Part shown: positions 48,829 to 58,473 of the stretch, piece by piece
Layout of the letters: each line of letters begins with the position of its first letter
How positions within the stretch are numbered: the first letter of the stretch is position 1
Source of the DNA: a virus
Taxonomy: Duplodnaviria; Caudoviricetes
Virus record (IMG/VR): IMGVR_UViG_3300012952_003943
Coordinates: 1-64,000 of that record
Strand: one strand, 5' to 3'
DNA length: 64,000 nucleotides
Translations under genes and position numbers: made by a program
Notes under the pieces: generated by a model
Database searches by the model: none
What the model was told of the DNA's origin: nothing
The model's input: only the letters and a program-made list of their open reading frames with translations

Positions 48829-50079
48829 CTACAGCGTTTTTAAAGACCAGCGGGCCCTCTTCTCTTGAAACTTATTGTACGTCGAAGTAAGTGTATCATG
48901 CCACATATCAATGACGTTATCGTAGTTAAACTCATAGTCAGCATATGCCTTTGCCTTCTGGCCTAACTCTCTCCTACCATCCGGTCCGGCTTCATACATT
49001 TTCATCCATGCACCTGCAATTGTCTCTACGCTGGTATAGTCCTCGTATATGTAAGGAACATTTTGAGAACCGACCAGTGTCCTTAGCTCGACAGGGAGCG
49101 CGACACCATTTTCTGTCCCATCTCTATGATCTACGACCTGGCGAGTTTGACCCCCTGTCTTTACGGCTACAATTGGCGTGCCGGTCATCATAGCCTCAAG
49201 CGTCGATAAACCGAAACCCTCTGCATAGCTTATGTTTGTCACAACATCTGCGATATTGTGCAAAATATTCATTTGCTCAAACTCTATGCGGTCTGTTGAA
49301 AAGACAACGTTAGGCACTATGTTGAGGTACTCTGCACATGCTAACAGGTTAGGGCCCTCTGTATCCTTGGGATCAGTATGCAATAAAAGTGTAGCATTCT
49401 TATGGCCATGGGTTTGTTCTAAATTGTCTAAAAACATCTTCCATGCCCACAGCACATCATTAGGACGCTTGCGCTTTGCGTTTCTGTTTACCCAAAAGAC
49501 AACAAAGTGATCTTTGCGATCCGGGCCAAGAACTTGAGGCTTCCAATTCTTTATTTCTTCTTGGGAAAGCTCATGATATATTCCTTTTGGAAATGCATGA
49601 GGAACAAAGTTGGATTTTTCCGGATGCTCTTCAGCACAGATTTCATAAGTCACATATGAATGACAATTTATAAGATCTGTAGCCTCATAAAGAACATCGT
49701 TAAAAGAAGGCCGAGGATTATTATCCCAAACATGCCACCATGCAATTGGGCACACCTGATGGATTTCATCTTCCATCTCAAAGAGCCAGATGAAAAACCT
49801 TGGATCTGTAAAAATTAGCAAGACATCAGGCTTTTCTGTCGCTAGTGTTAATCGTAAAAGATCTCTATTTCCAAACCCATCAATTGGCTTGATAATGAAG
49901 TCTTCGTTAACGATCTGTGTCTCATAACTAAGATGCTTAACAGCCGCACCGAACTGTCTAAAAGTCCACTCGCCAGGATACTTCTTTAAAAGTCCCTCGA
50001 TTAAAAACCTAGTTTGCACGCCGACGCCTGAAGTACTCAATGCGTGGTCTGATAGTACTAAAACTTTTTTCTTTTTCAT
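48829..50079 (-). CDS. Glycosyltransferase, GT-B fold (GT4-like)
   Basis: SGVGVQT loop, VNRNAKRKRP and signature AEGFGLSTLEAMMTGTPIV; ATG at 50079 preferred over the TTG at 50088. Confidence 0.9.
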   Translation of the reverse strand: MKKKKVLVLSDHALSTSGVGVQTRFLIEGLLKKYPGEWTFRQFGAAVKHLSYETQIVNEDFIIKPIDGFGNRDLLRLTLATEKPDVLLIFTDPRFFIWLFEMEDEIHQVCPIAWWHVWDNNPRPSFNDVLYEATDLINCHSYVTYEICAEEHPEKSNFVPHAFPKGIYHELSQEEIKNWKPQVLGPDRKDHFVVFWVNRNAKRKRPNDVLWAWKMFLDNLEQTHGHKNATLLLHTDPKDTEGPNLLACAEYLNIVPNVVFSTDRIEFEQMNILHNIADVVTNISYAEGFGLSTLEAMMTGTPIVAVKTGGQTRQVVDHRDGTENGVALPVELRTLVGSQNVPYIYEDYTSVETIAGAWMKMYEAGPDGRRELGQKAKAYADYEFNYDNVIDMWHDTLTSTYNKFQEKRARWSLKTL

Positions 50080-50103
50080 ATTCTGCAATTACCTTAGAAT
50101 CGA

Positions 50104-50133
50104 ACCTTAATAAACTAATACGATAAAGTGCAA
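50104..50133 (-). promoter_or_regulatory. Possible sigma70-like promoter upstream of the GT4 pair (TTGCAC-N18-TAAGGT)
   Basis: Lies in the largest intergenic gap (about 110 nt, AT-rich). Confidence 0.3.
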
Positions 50134-50195
50134 AAGTTAATTCTTGTGCACAATAGAACTATGCGTATTTAATTGTATCTAAGGGGTGTGCAGAG

Positions 50196-51062
50196 TTAAT
50201 CAGAGCTTACTGCGCGGCCCAGCATTTTTTCCCAGTCGCGATCTTCAGGCGCTCTAACTTCCATATTTTTTTGCCAGACGCCTGACAAAACCGGTGTGGG
50301 AATATTGCTAAGTGATGCTAAAACCATCATTGCATTTAGATCTTTTGGAAAACAATGCCCTCCAAACCCTAGGCTTCCGTCAGGCCCAGGAACTGAAAGG
50401 TGTGAGTTCCCGATTCGCTCATCATACAACGCATACTCAACTACCTTGTCAAAGTCTACGTCAATACTGTCGCATATTTGCTTCATTTCATTTGCAAAGC
50501 TAACCTTTGTGGCTAAAAAGCAGTTAATAAAATACTTGACAGTCTCTGCAACACTAGCCCCCGTCTTAACAATCGGTACCTTGGGGAATGCCTTACGATA
50601 CATCGTCTTTACCTTTGTCGATGCAGGTCGCGGGCCACCAATAATAATCCTGTTTTGATTCTTAAAGTCTTCAAAAGAGTTTGCTTCTGTCAAAAACTCA
50701 GGATTAAATACGACTGTAACGTTTGAATATCTATAATTCAACCGATCTGTTGTACCGGGCTCGATTGTTGACTTAACCACGGCAATAATCTTTCTATTGA
50801 CCCTTATGCACTCATCATTAATATCACTAACGGCTGTCTCAACAAGCCTTGTATCACACCTTCCCTCGCTATTCATCGGCGTAGGAAGGCATACGAATAA
50901 AATCTCTTCGGTCTTAGCGATAAGTTCAGGCAAGGAATTACATGATGAGCCCTTTGTTTTGTCGATGTCATAAGTCTCGACATTAAAATAGGGACTCATT
51001 CCCTCTCTAATTGCAGAGCCAACAAAGCCCTGACCAACAATCCCAATTGACTTTCCCATCAT
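50196..51062 (-). CDS. ugd: UDP-glucose/GDP-mannose dehydrogenase family protein, short form lacking the C-terminal domain
   Basis: GIVGQGFVG Rossmann motif, VCLPTP, VKSTIEPG, NPEFLTE, catalytic GFGGHCFPKD; only 288 aa. Confidence 0.85.
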   Translation of the reverse strand: MMGKSIGIVGQGFVGSAIREGMSPYFNVETYDIDKTKGSSCNSLPELIAKTEEILFVCLPTPMNSEGRCDTRLVETAVSDINDECIRVNRKIIAVVKSTIEPGTTDRLNYRYSNVTVVFNPEFLTEANSFEDFKNQNRIIIGGPRPASTKVKTMYRKAFPKVPIVKTGASVAETVKYFINCFLATKVSFANEMKQICDSIDVDFDKVVEYALYDERIGNSHLSVPGPDGSLGFGGHCFPKDLNAMMVLASLSNIPTPVLSGVWQKNMEVRAPEDRDWEKMLGRAVSSD

Positions 51063-51068
51063 ATCTCC

Positions 51069-51893
51069 TTATGTGCAGTGGGGTGTATCATAATAATCAC
51101 AAAATCTACATGCGTCTCTATTTTTCATAAACATTCCCCTCTTAACGGAAGAGATCATGTTTCCTACCATCTTATTTGCTTTTTCTAAAGCCTTAGGACC
51201 AGCTGATATCTTAATAAGATCACACATATTTCCTGGCTTTCCACCTCTTTTAAGCAAAATAAATCCACAACCTACATCCTTGAGAGGGATGTCATGCTTG
51301 TTTGCCCAGTACGATTTATACAGAATGATTTGCGCTTGAGTTAAAAAGTCTTGCTTTTTTCTCCTATCCCACCCGTATTGCTTTGCAGTTTTCCAGTCTA
51401 AAATCCAGTACTTGTACGTGCCATTTTTTCTAGGGACTTTAATGATAACATCGATAAATCCCTTAAACAACATATCTTTTCCGGGGACTTTCTCATACAG
51501 CTCTTCTTCCGCCTGTACAGGCTCCCACCCGGGAAACGTTTCATCCAAAAATTTTGGCACATCATTCCACATATTTGATGCCCACGTGCACCACTCTTCA
51601 ACAGGATAATACTTGTACCATCCGGGCTGTTGCTTTACCCACTCTGGGTCGTCAAACCCATGCTTTTCCCATGCCTCGCGAATATTATCCAATAGCCTAT
51701 CACGTGGAACGCTACCAGTGTTTAGAAAGCTTTCACATCCTTCATGCACATTTGTTCCAAAATCGAGATATGGAGATGGCTTAAACATATCGATCTTGTC
51801 TATGTGTTGTAGCTTATGCCTATATGGGCATTCTCTCCAGCACCTTACTTCCGAATATGAAACGTGCTTTTTGCCTGTTGGAAACTCACTCAT
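51069..51893 (-). CDS. PD-(D/E)XK exonuclease, Cas4/RecB-like with Fe-S cysteines
   Basis: SYSE...ECPYR N-terminus, GFIDVII...ILDWKT catalytic motif, Q...Y, C-terminal CRFC...C; ATG at 51893 overlaps the gmd stop. Confidence 0.88.
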   Translation of the reverse strand: MSEFPTGKKHVSYSEVRCWRECPYRHKLQHIDKIDMFKPSPYLDFGTNVHEGCESFLNTGSVPRDRLLDNIREAWEKHGFDDPEWVKQQPGWYKYYPVEEWCTWASNMWNDVPKFLDETFPGWEPVQAEEELYEKVPGKDMLFKGFIDVIIKVPRKNGTYKYWILDWKTAKQYGWDRRKKQDFLTQAQIILYKSYWANKHDIPLKDVGCGFILLKRGGKPGNMCDLIKISAGPKALEKANKMVGNMISSVKRGMFMKNRDACRFCDYYDTPHCT

Positions 51894-52872
51894 TATTCCT
51901 TGCCTCGAGCTTGGCATCTTCTAGATCAGCATCATACATCATTTCAGCCAACTCCTTGAATGATACCTTTGGGCTCCACCCTAACTCTTTTTTTGCTTTA
52001 GATGAATCACCTAACAAGACTGGGACTTCATGAGGTCGCAGAAACCTCTTATCAAAACCAACATGCTCGTCGATGCTTAATCCTGCATAATCAAATACGT
52101 GCTGCAAAAACTCACGCACAGTGTGTGTTTCTCCAGTTGCAATAACATAATCATCTGGTTTATCTTGTTGCAGCATTAACCACATCGCTTCTACATAATC
52201 TCCAGCAAATCCCCAATCTCTCTTTGCATCTAAGTTCCCTAAGTAGAGCTTATCTTGTAGCCCCAACTTAATTCTGGCTGCAGCGCGAGTAATTTTTCTA
52301 GTAACAAAAGTCTCACCTCTACGAGGAGATTCGTGATTAAAAAGAATGCCACTTGAAGCATGAAGGCCGTATGATTTTCTATAGTTCCTAATAAGGTTGT
52401 GTGCAAACAGCTTTGCACATGCATAAGGTGAGGCAGGAGTCATCCTGGTTGACTCAGATTGGGGAACATTGGGGTTATCACCAAACATCTCTGAAGATGA
52501 TGCCTGATAAAACCTGGCATTCGGTACAATTTCTCTACATGCCTCAAGCATTCGCAGTGTACCCATTGCAACGACATCAGCTGTTTCTTCAGGTACATCA
52601 AATGATACCCTTACATGTGACTGTGCGGCAATGTTATATACTTCATCAGGCTTGTATTTTTGGAGCAATCTATACATGTTTCCTGAATCATGCATGCTGC
52701 CATACGCTAATTCAAAATTAGGGTTCGAGTATATATGGTCAATCCTGTCAGTACAAAGCAATGATGTCCGGCGCTTCACGCCTACGACATAATACCCCTT
52801 GGACAACAGTAGCTCTGCAAGGTAAGAGCCGTCCTGGCCTGTGATCCCTGTGATTAGCGCAACTCTAGACAT
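51886..52872 (-). CDS. gmd: GDP-mannose 4,6-dehydratase
   Basis: [73 protein letters not shown]. Confidence 0.97.
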   Translation of the reverse strand: MSRVALITGITGQDGSYLAELLLSKGYYVVGVKRRTSLLCTDRIDHIYSNPNFELAYGSMHDSGNMYRLLQKYKPDEVYNIAAQSHVRVSFDVPEETADVVAMGTLRMLEACREIVPNARFYQASSSEMFGDNPNVPQSESTRMTPASPYACAKLFAHNLIRNYRKSYGLHASSGILFNHESPRRGETFVTRKITRAAARIKLGLQDKLYLGNLDAKRDWGFAGDYVEAMWLMLQQDKPDDYVIATGETHTVREFLQHVFDYAGLSIDEHVGFDKRFLRPHEVPVLLGDSSKAKKELGWSPKVSFKELAEMMYDADLEDAKLEARNNE

Positions 52873-53868
52873 TTAATCCTTCTTCCAGAAACTGTACAGC
52901 CCTTTCTCAATCTCATAGTCCATAGTGAGCACTTCACGATTTGGCTGTTCCATCGCCCAAGAAAACATATCTCTCATTGTATCTCGTAGATCGGTACCAT
53001 CTTCAAAACCTAAAAGCTCTTTTGCCTTTGTGTGATCACAGTACGCAGTATGAACTTCATTTCGTGCCTCAAGGTACTCAATCTCTGGCTCAAACCCAAA
53101 CTCTTTTGCAACATCAGCCAAAAGGTTTGCTGCTTCATTAATAGTAAAGTCCTTGTCGGCACCCAAATTAAACGTCTCTTGTGAGTGGCCATGCATTAGC
53201 TTTTCAAACGGCTCCATGTAGAACTTAATATCTGAAAATGCCCTGACTTGTGTGCCGTCACCAAAGATTGTCATTGGCTCATTATTGAGAATTTTTCTAA
53301 TCCAGATACCAATTACATTCCTGTATCGATCCCAAATATTTTGATAAATACCGACAACGTTGTGCGGGCGTACAATCGAATAGTCAAGCCCAAATTGATC
53401 ATGTGCCAACGCCAAGTCCATTTCAACTGCATACTTTGCAATGCCGTAAGGATCTTCTGGGCAAGGGGTTTGATCTTCTGTAAAGGGAGGATTTCCTTCG
53501 CCGTATACAGCCATCGATGAAGTAAAGATTACTTTCTTTACGTTAGAGTTAACGCATGCATTTACTACATTTGCTGAACACAGAACATTGTTCGTATAGT
53601 TGTAATTCCTGATAAACGGTGACAAGCCTTCGGCAGCATATGCAGCAAAGTGATAGACGTACTCAGGGCGATGGGACGAAAATATTTGCTCAACCGCTGA
53701 AGCATCAAGCAAGTTGACAGGATAAAATGTAACTCTTTTATCAACACTGTCTTGGAACCCACCTGAAAGATCGTCAATTCCTACAACATCATATCCATTA
53801 TCTACGAGGTATCTCGAAAAGTTTGCGCCAAGAAGGCCGGCGGCACCAGTAACTAAAACGGTTGGCAT
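52873..53868 (-). CDS. NAD-dependent nucleotide-sugar epimerase/dehydratase (extended SDR)
   Basis: VLVTGAAGLLG, TSSMAVYG, YGIAK (YxxxK), GDGTQVRAF. Confidence 0.9.
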   Translation of the reverse strand: MPTVLVTGAAGLLGANFSRYLVDNGYDVVGIDDLSGGFQDSVDKRVTFYPVNLLDASAVEQIFSSHRPEYVYHFAAYAAEGLSPFIRNYNYTNNVLCSANVVNACVNSNVKKVIFTSSMAVYGEGNPPFTEDQTPCPEDPYGIAKYAVEMDLALAHDQFGLDYSIVRPHNVVGIYQNIWDRYRNVIGIWIRKILNNEPMTIFGDGTQVRAFSDIKFYMEPFEKLMHGHSQETFNLGADKDFTINEAANLLADVAKEFGFEPEIEYLEARNEVHTAYCDHTKAKELLGFEDGTDLRDTMRDMFSWAMEQPNREVLTMDYEIEKGLYSFWKKD

Positions 53869-53880
53869 ATCATCTCCTAT

Positions 53881-54651
53881 CTATGAACCCTTATTGTTGA
53901 TCATATCAATCATTTGCTCAGAGTACAAATCATTTTTAGGCATAAAATCTAATATCCATGACCTGTCTTTTTCGTACTCAAGCTCAATTAAAAAATCACC
54001 CAAGTGTTTATCTACGCACACTGCAACACCCCAGTTAAAGTCATCTCTCCAAGTGCTACCACCGTTTGTAATGTGGTTACCATGAATTTGTGTCTCATTG
54101 TCCCACTCGTCAAAAGAATCAAAGGCGGATGCCCTTTTTGCATTTTTGTCCTTAGAGTATTTTTTGGCAATCATATTGAATAGGTTGGCATCCATCTTTA
54201 CCTCCTGAAACTGAGATACAAAATGAGATATACCTCCGACTAGCGTTGCTTCATTACCGTTAAAGTAATCCTCATACTTGATAAAACATATGGGAGCCCC
54301 CTGGTTTGCCTCCCACACATAGCAGCGATAATCAAGCTGCCTAGCATTTGGCCGATAGAATAGCCTATATGCAGCGACCCTGAGTAGCTCTCCAGACATC
54401 CCGGTAATGCTATTTATATCAGATAACTCACCCCTCTTCACCTCAGGTGCTAGAACAGTCCTTGCATATGAACATATGACATCTCGAGGATCACGATACG
54501 TATAAAGCTTAACACTGAGTGCATCTTGCGCATCATAGCTGTGGCTCTTTACAACATCACACCCTAGCTCTCTTAACACCTGCCAAACAAAGGTTGAACC
54601 TGATCTTTCCATTCCGCAGACCCGAAACTTTCCGTTCCAATCAAAACTCAT
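53881..54651 (-). CDS. PAPS-dependent sulfotransferase
   Basis: 5'-PSB motif GMERSGST and 3'-PB motif YRDPRDVICS, plus IKYEDY. Confidence 0.82.
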   Translation of the reverse strand: MSFDWNGKFRVCGMERSGSTFVWQVLRELGCDVVKSHSYDAQDALSVKLYTYRDPRDVICSYARTVLAPEVKRGELSDINSITGMSGELLRVAAYRLFYRPNARQLDYRCYVWEANQGAPICFIKYEDYFNGNEATLVGGISHFVSQFQEVKMDANLFNMIAKKYSKDKNAKRASAFDSFDEWDNETQIHGNHITNGGSTWRDDFNWGVAVCVDKHLGDFLIELEYEKDRSWILDFMPKNDLYSEQMIDMINNKGS

Positions 54652-55574
54652 TTAACACCTCTTAAGTTAGGATAATTTTTAACCGCCCAAGCGCATGTCT
54701 TTTTCAATGCAATATCCATTTCGGTATACTGTCCTTTCCAGCCTAAGTCAACTAATCGTTGATTACTTGAGGGTTTTCTATATTGCCCACTTGGCATACT
54801 CGAATCCCAATCAATTATACCATTAAACCCTACAAAATTACACACTTTTTTTGCTATATTTTTTATTGTAATTTCGCCAGTATTTCCAATGTTAATAGGA
54901 TGAATCCCGTCATATTCCCTCAAAAGAAACATGAGTATATCAGCTACGTCTTCCGCATATGTAAATTCCCTAAGAGGACTTCCATCGCCCCACAACTTTA
55001 TTGATGGGGCACCTGACCTCTTTGCCTCTATTGCTTTCCTTATTATTGCAGGAACAACATGACCGTTCTCTAAATCAAAGTTGTCATTTTCACCAAAAAG
55101 ATTATTGGGAACTGCTGTTACAAAATTACACCCGTACTGTTCCCTGTATGCACGGGACTGAACGTCTAACATTCTTTTTGCATATGCATATCCAAAATTA
55201 GACCGGTGCGGCTCACCATTATGAATCTGATCCTCAGTTAATGGATATGTCACGCTATCAGGGTATACACATGTACTCAACATAGAAACAACTTTTTCTA
55301 CCTTGTACATAAGGGCAGCGTCTAAAACGTTCGTGTTGATCTGTAGGTTTGTTCTGTAAAAGTCTCCGACATAATCGGTATTTCCTTTCACACCACCCAC
55401 CTTTGCTGCCAAGTGAATTATATGGGTTGGTTTATGATCTTGAAGCATCCGGATGCAATCAGAAAAGTCAGTTAGGTCGTAGCCACATGATCCTACCCTA
55501 ACAAGATTATCAGGCTCATACTTTCGAAATGCGCTGCCCACCATTCCGGTACCTCCTGTTACTAATATTTTCAT
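54648..55574 (-). CDS. fcl: GDP-L-fucose synthase
   Basis: VTGGTGMVG, HLAAKVGG, STCVYP, NFGYAYAKR, PNNLFG..DNF, GHVVPAII, WGDGSPLREF. Confidence 0.95.
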   Translation of the reverse strand: MKILVTGGTGMVGSAFRKYEPDNLVRVGSCGYDLTDFSDCIRMLQDHKPTHIIHLAAKVGGVKGNTDYVGDFYRTNLQINTNVLDAALMYKVEKVVSMLSTCVYPDSVTYPLTEDQIHNGEPHRSNFGYAYAKRMLDVQSRAYREQYGCNFVTAVPNNLFGENDNFDLENGHVVPAIIRKAIEAKRSGAPSIKLWGDGSPLREFTYAEDVADILMFLLREYDGIHPINIGNTGEITIKNIAKKVCNFVGFNGIIDWDSSMPSGQYRKPSSNQRLVDLGWKGQYTEMDIALKKTCAWAVKNYPNLRGVK

Positions 55575-55575
55575 T

Positions 55576-56109
55576 CTAACTCCCTACATACTGCTCAAAA
55601 GACTGTGCTGATGAATCTTTTTCAGACATTATTATGCGTATATCTTTCCACTCAATCGCTAAGCTCTTATCACATGCATGAATCGAGTGCTGATCAGCTG
55701 GATCATATTTCTCAGTCACCCTATACAAAAATACTGTTGGGCTTTCTAGCGCTTGGAAGCCATGGGCATAGCCAGGTGGCACCCATAGCATACTTCTTTT
55801 TTTGTCATTGAGATCAAAATAGTACTTCTTGCCAAACGTTGGGCTTTTCTCCCTGATATCAACTACAACATCAAGTGCGCTGCCGGCAACAACTGTCATT
55901 AATTTTCCCTGAGGTGCATTTTTTTGAAAGTGCATACCCCTAATTGTCCCTTTTTTAGAGACAGACATATTTTCTTGAACGAAAGTAATCCCTCTTTCAC
56001 AAAACCATTCAGATAGCTCGCTGTTATAAAGCTCTAAAAACTGCCCCCTGTTATCAGTGTATACTCGAGGAAAAAACTCGAACAAATTATCATGCCGTAC
56101 TATTTTCAT
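55576..56109 (-). CDS. rmlC: dTDP-4-dehydrorhamnose 3,5-epimerase
   Basis: DNRGQFLE, QENMSVSKKGTIRGMHFQ, QGKL, DVVVDIR, WVPPGYAHGF. Confidence 0.95.
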   Translation of the reverse strand: MKIVRHDNLFEFFPRVYTDNRGQFLELYNSELSEWFCERGITFVQENMSVSKKGTIRGMHFQKNAPQGKLMTVVAGSALDVVVDIREKSPTFGKKYYFDLNDKKRSMLWVPPGYAHGFQALESPTVFLYRVTEKYDPADQHSIHACDKSLAIEWKDIRIIMSEKDSSAQSFEQYVGS

Positions 56110-56741
56110 TACCCTATCGTCTTACAATTCTTGAAAAGTGTAAACTCAGTAAGGTCACGATATCCAAGCGGTTCACCCATGTCTTCTTGGTGCTCTGGGT
56201 AGTTTTGCATTAATGCTAAACCGTGGCTAGCCTGCTGCGGGGTCATGTACATATTCCACCCTAACATGTCAATGTCATCATCCTTATAGTACTTTTCGCT
56301 TCTTCCCTCGTACCGGGCGCGCTTAAACCATTCAACTGCCTCTATACTATCCGTTAATATCATACCACCCTTGCTTATCGACAAGGGCTTCTTGATGTGA
56401 AATGATAGGCACATAAATGACCCGGGTATGTACATGCCTGATGTTAACCTCTTGGCTGAATCATAAATGGGATAGGGCTTTAATTGATAAATTCCGGACC
56501 AGTTGTTTGTCCTATAAGATTTGTCAAAGATCACCTCACCACCTGCATGCATAATAGACTGGGGTACGGACAGGTACGTCATCGATGGGATTGTCACCTC
56601 TCTGACTTTTAGGTATGTGCAACATAAAAATAGAGCATTTGTGCAACTATCAACAGAGACTGCATACGGAGCTCCAGCATAATCTGCAACTGACTCCTCG
56701 AACATTTTTACAACCTCAAAAGGATTATGTAGTGACTTCAT
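56109..56741 (-). CDS. DegT/DnrJ/EryC1/StrS-family PLP aminotransferase, short form
   Basis: FEESVADYAGAPYAVSVDSCTNAL, IYDSA (PLP Asp), SFHIKKPL (PLP Lys), KGGMILTD, GWNMYM; 210 aa. Confidence 0.85.
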   Translation of the reverse strand: MKSLHNPFEVVKMFEESVADYAGAPYAVSVDSCTNALFLCCTYLKVREVTIPSMTYLSVPQSIMHAGGEVIFDKSYRTNNWSGIYQLKPYPIYDSAKRLTSGMYIPGSFMCLSFHIKKPLSISKGGMILTDSIEAVEWFKRARYEGRSEKYYKDDDIDMLGWNMYMTPQQASHGLALMQNYPEHQEDMGEPLGYRDLTEFTLFKNCKTIG

Positions 56742-57393
56742 CTAACACCTCATATCTCAAAATAACTTTTTTATTGCCTAACAAAAAGAATGCAGGGTAC
56801 TCATCATTATCGCATATCCTGATTTCATCCCATAAATCTATTAAGGGTGTTGTAGGATCTAGCTCACAACTGCTTAGACTTCTACGCTTATGGTATGAGC
56901 CGGCACCAGTTTGATCTCTTAAGACTATGTACCCTTGCTCTAACTCGTCTAAGAATAACTGAAAGCTTTGTGATATACCGTTTTCTCTCTTTTTATTTAG
57001 GGTGTCCAAAGTATCATGCTTCAGTATTGGAACATTGACTTGGTTTATGATCTCCCCAGAATCCACTCCGCCATCTAACTTATACAGCGTTATTGTCAGG
57101 TTTTTTCTGTTATTGAGAACTGACCACTGAATCGGTGCCCAACCTTTACCTTCCGGAAGAGGTGTTTCATGAGTGCCGATTACTCCATACAGCGGCTTTG
57201 CTAGCACGCTTTCAGGAATAATATGGTATACCCCGCTTTCAAAAACTAGATCATACGTCTCATCAATATCATCTGAAGTAATATGCTGAAACTTAATACC
57301 ACGGGCTTTTAGAATTTTTGCAAAGCATGCAGAACGTGATCCCACCAGCCCTATCTTAAGATCACTTACATTTTTATCAAGCTTTACTATCAT
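56725..57393 (-). CDS. N10-formyl-THF-dependent formyltransferase (sugar N-formyltransferase-like)
   Basis: GTHETPLPEGKGWAPIQW and TLYKLDGGVDSGEII match the Formyl_trans_N H-xx-xLP-xxRG and DxG motifs. Confidence 0.82.
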   Translation of the reverse strand: MIVKLDKNVSDLKIGLVGSRSACFAKILKARGIKFQHITSDDIDETYDLVFESGVYHIIPESVLAKPLYGVIGTHETPLPEGKGWAPIQWSVLNNRKNLTITLYKLDGGVDSGEIINQVNVPILKHDTLDTLNKKRENGISQSFQLFLDELEQGYIVLRDQTGAGSYHKRRSLSSCELDPTTPLIDLWDEIRICDNDEYPAFFLLGNKKVILRYEVLDEVTT

Positions 57394-57394
57394 A

Positions 57395-58207
57395 TTAATC
57401 CTCCCAAACGTCTATCAAATCAATTAGGTCATCATGATGATCATCAAACCAATAAGACTTTAGGCATCCTCTATTAACTTTCCACCCATCTAATCCTGGA
57501 ATAAATGGGTTGAGGGAAGAGCCGACATCCATGTATGTATTTTCAGGCTCATTCTCAAAACATCGATGTATAGCACACTCAGATAATGAGCCGGCCGTAA
57601 ATAAAAACAGGTGATCTTTGATTTTGTTTTCGCGTATCCATGCAGGAATTTCTTCAACTAGATTAAAGTCATTACGAATGCAGTCAGGCCCAACACGAAA
57701 GTCTTTTACTACATCAAATGGAAGTTTGGATATATCACCGTTTCTAGGGCCTACGTACACAACACGTTTGCCAGAAAATAGGGGCACAATTTCTTCAATG
57801 AACTTAGAATAGTTTCCGTTAATTAACAGGTTCGCAAATGTTAGGTGCTCAGGATCATTTCCGTAAAGTGACATTTGATTTTCAAAAGTGCATGCATCGT
57901 TTCTAGCCTTAAGGCTTTCTTTGTTCGATAGGCCTTTAAAATAATTTTTTGCCTTATATTGAAACGAGCCTATGACGGCTTCTCTTTGGTGCTGGTGCAT
58001 ATCTGGAATAAAATATTTTTCTTCCTCAATCCCATGCTTTTGGAACTGAATTCCATGATCACCTATTTCATAATAGTCAGGTGCTATTACAATCTTGACA
58101 CCAAACATCACCATAAGCTCCCCATCAGAAAATCTAGTATAAGCAAAGTTCTCATTGTTCTCTAGCAAAGATTTAATCTTTTCTAAGTCTTTTACCATTG
58201 TTTTCAT
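57395..58207 (-). CDS. GT-D fold glycosyltransferase (DUF1792-like)
   Basis: N-terminal FAYTRFSDGE (family RF/YGDGE motif) and C-terminal MDVGSSL (DxG motif). Confidence 0.7.
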   Translation of the reverse strand: MKTMVKDLEKIKSLLENNENFAYTRFSDGELMVMFGVKIVIAPDYYEIGDHGIQFQKHGIEEEKYFIPDMHQHQREAVIGSFQYKAKNYFKGLSNKESLKARNDACTFENQMSLYGNDPEHLTFANLLINGNYSKFIEEIVPLFSGKRVVYVGPRNGDISKLPFDVVKDFRVGPDCIRNDFNLVEEIPAWIRENKIKDHLFLFTAGSLSECAIHRCFENEPENTYMDVGSSLNPFIPGLDGWKVNRGCLKSYWFDDHHDDLIDLIDVWED

Positions 58208-58470
58208 GATAACTTCCTAGCATTTTCAGAGACTATTTGGAGCTCATATAATAGCTCAGAAGATTTAAGCTCTGTCTCTATCTCATTGTCAGGAACATTT
58301 TTAAGCAATGTTACCCTTGCAACATGCATATTCATTCTGACACACAGGCCGTCATAATCTGATAGCTTATATGTTTTAAACTCGTGTGACATTTGTAAGA
58401 GCCTGGTGAAATAAGGAATATTGGAGATTTTTTCCTGGATTTGATTAACAAGGACATCAAGTGGCATCAT
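58204..58470 (-). CDS. Hypothetical protein (88 aa)
   Basis: Fills the gap between wecB and the GT-D gene, overlapping the GT-D start (ATGA); no recognisable motif. Confidence 0.5.
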   Translation of the reverse strand: MMPLDVLVNQIQEKISNIPYFTRLLQMSHEFKTYKLSDYDGLCVRMNMHVARVTLLKNVPDNEIETELKSSELLYELQIVSENARKLS

Positions 58471-58473
58471 TTT

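Noticed and set aside
51069-51893. CRISPR-Cas system suggested by the Cas4-like gene
   Set aside because: No repeat-spacer array or other cas gene was seen; solo Cas4-like nucleases are common in phages.
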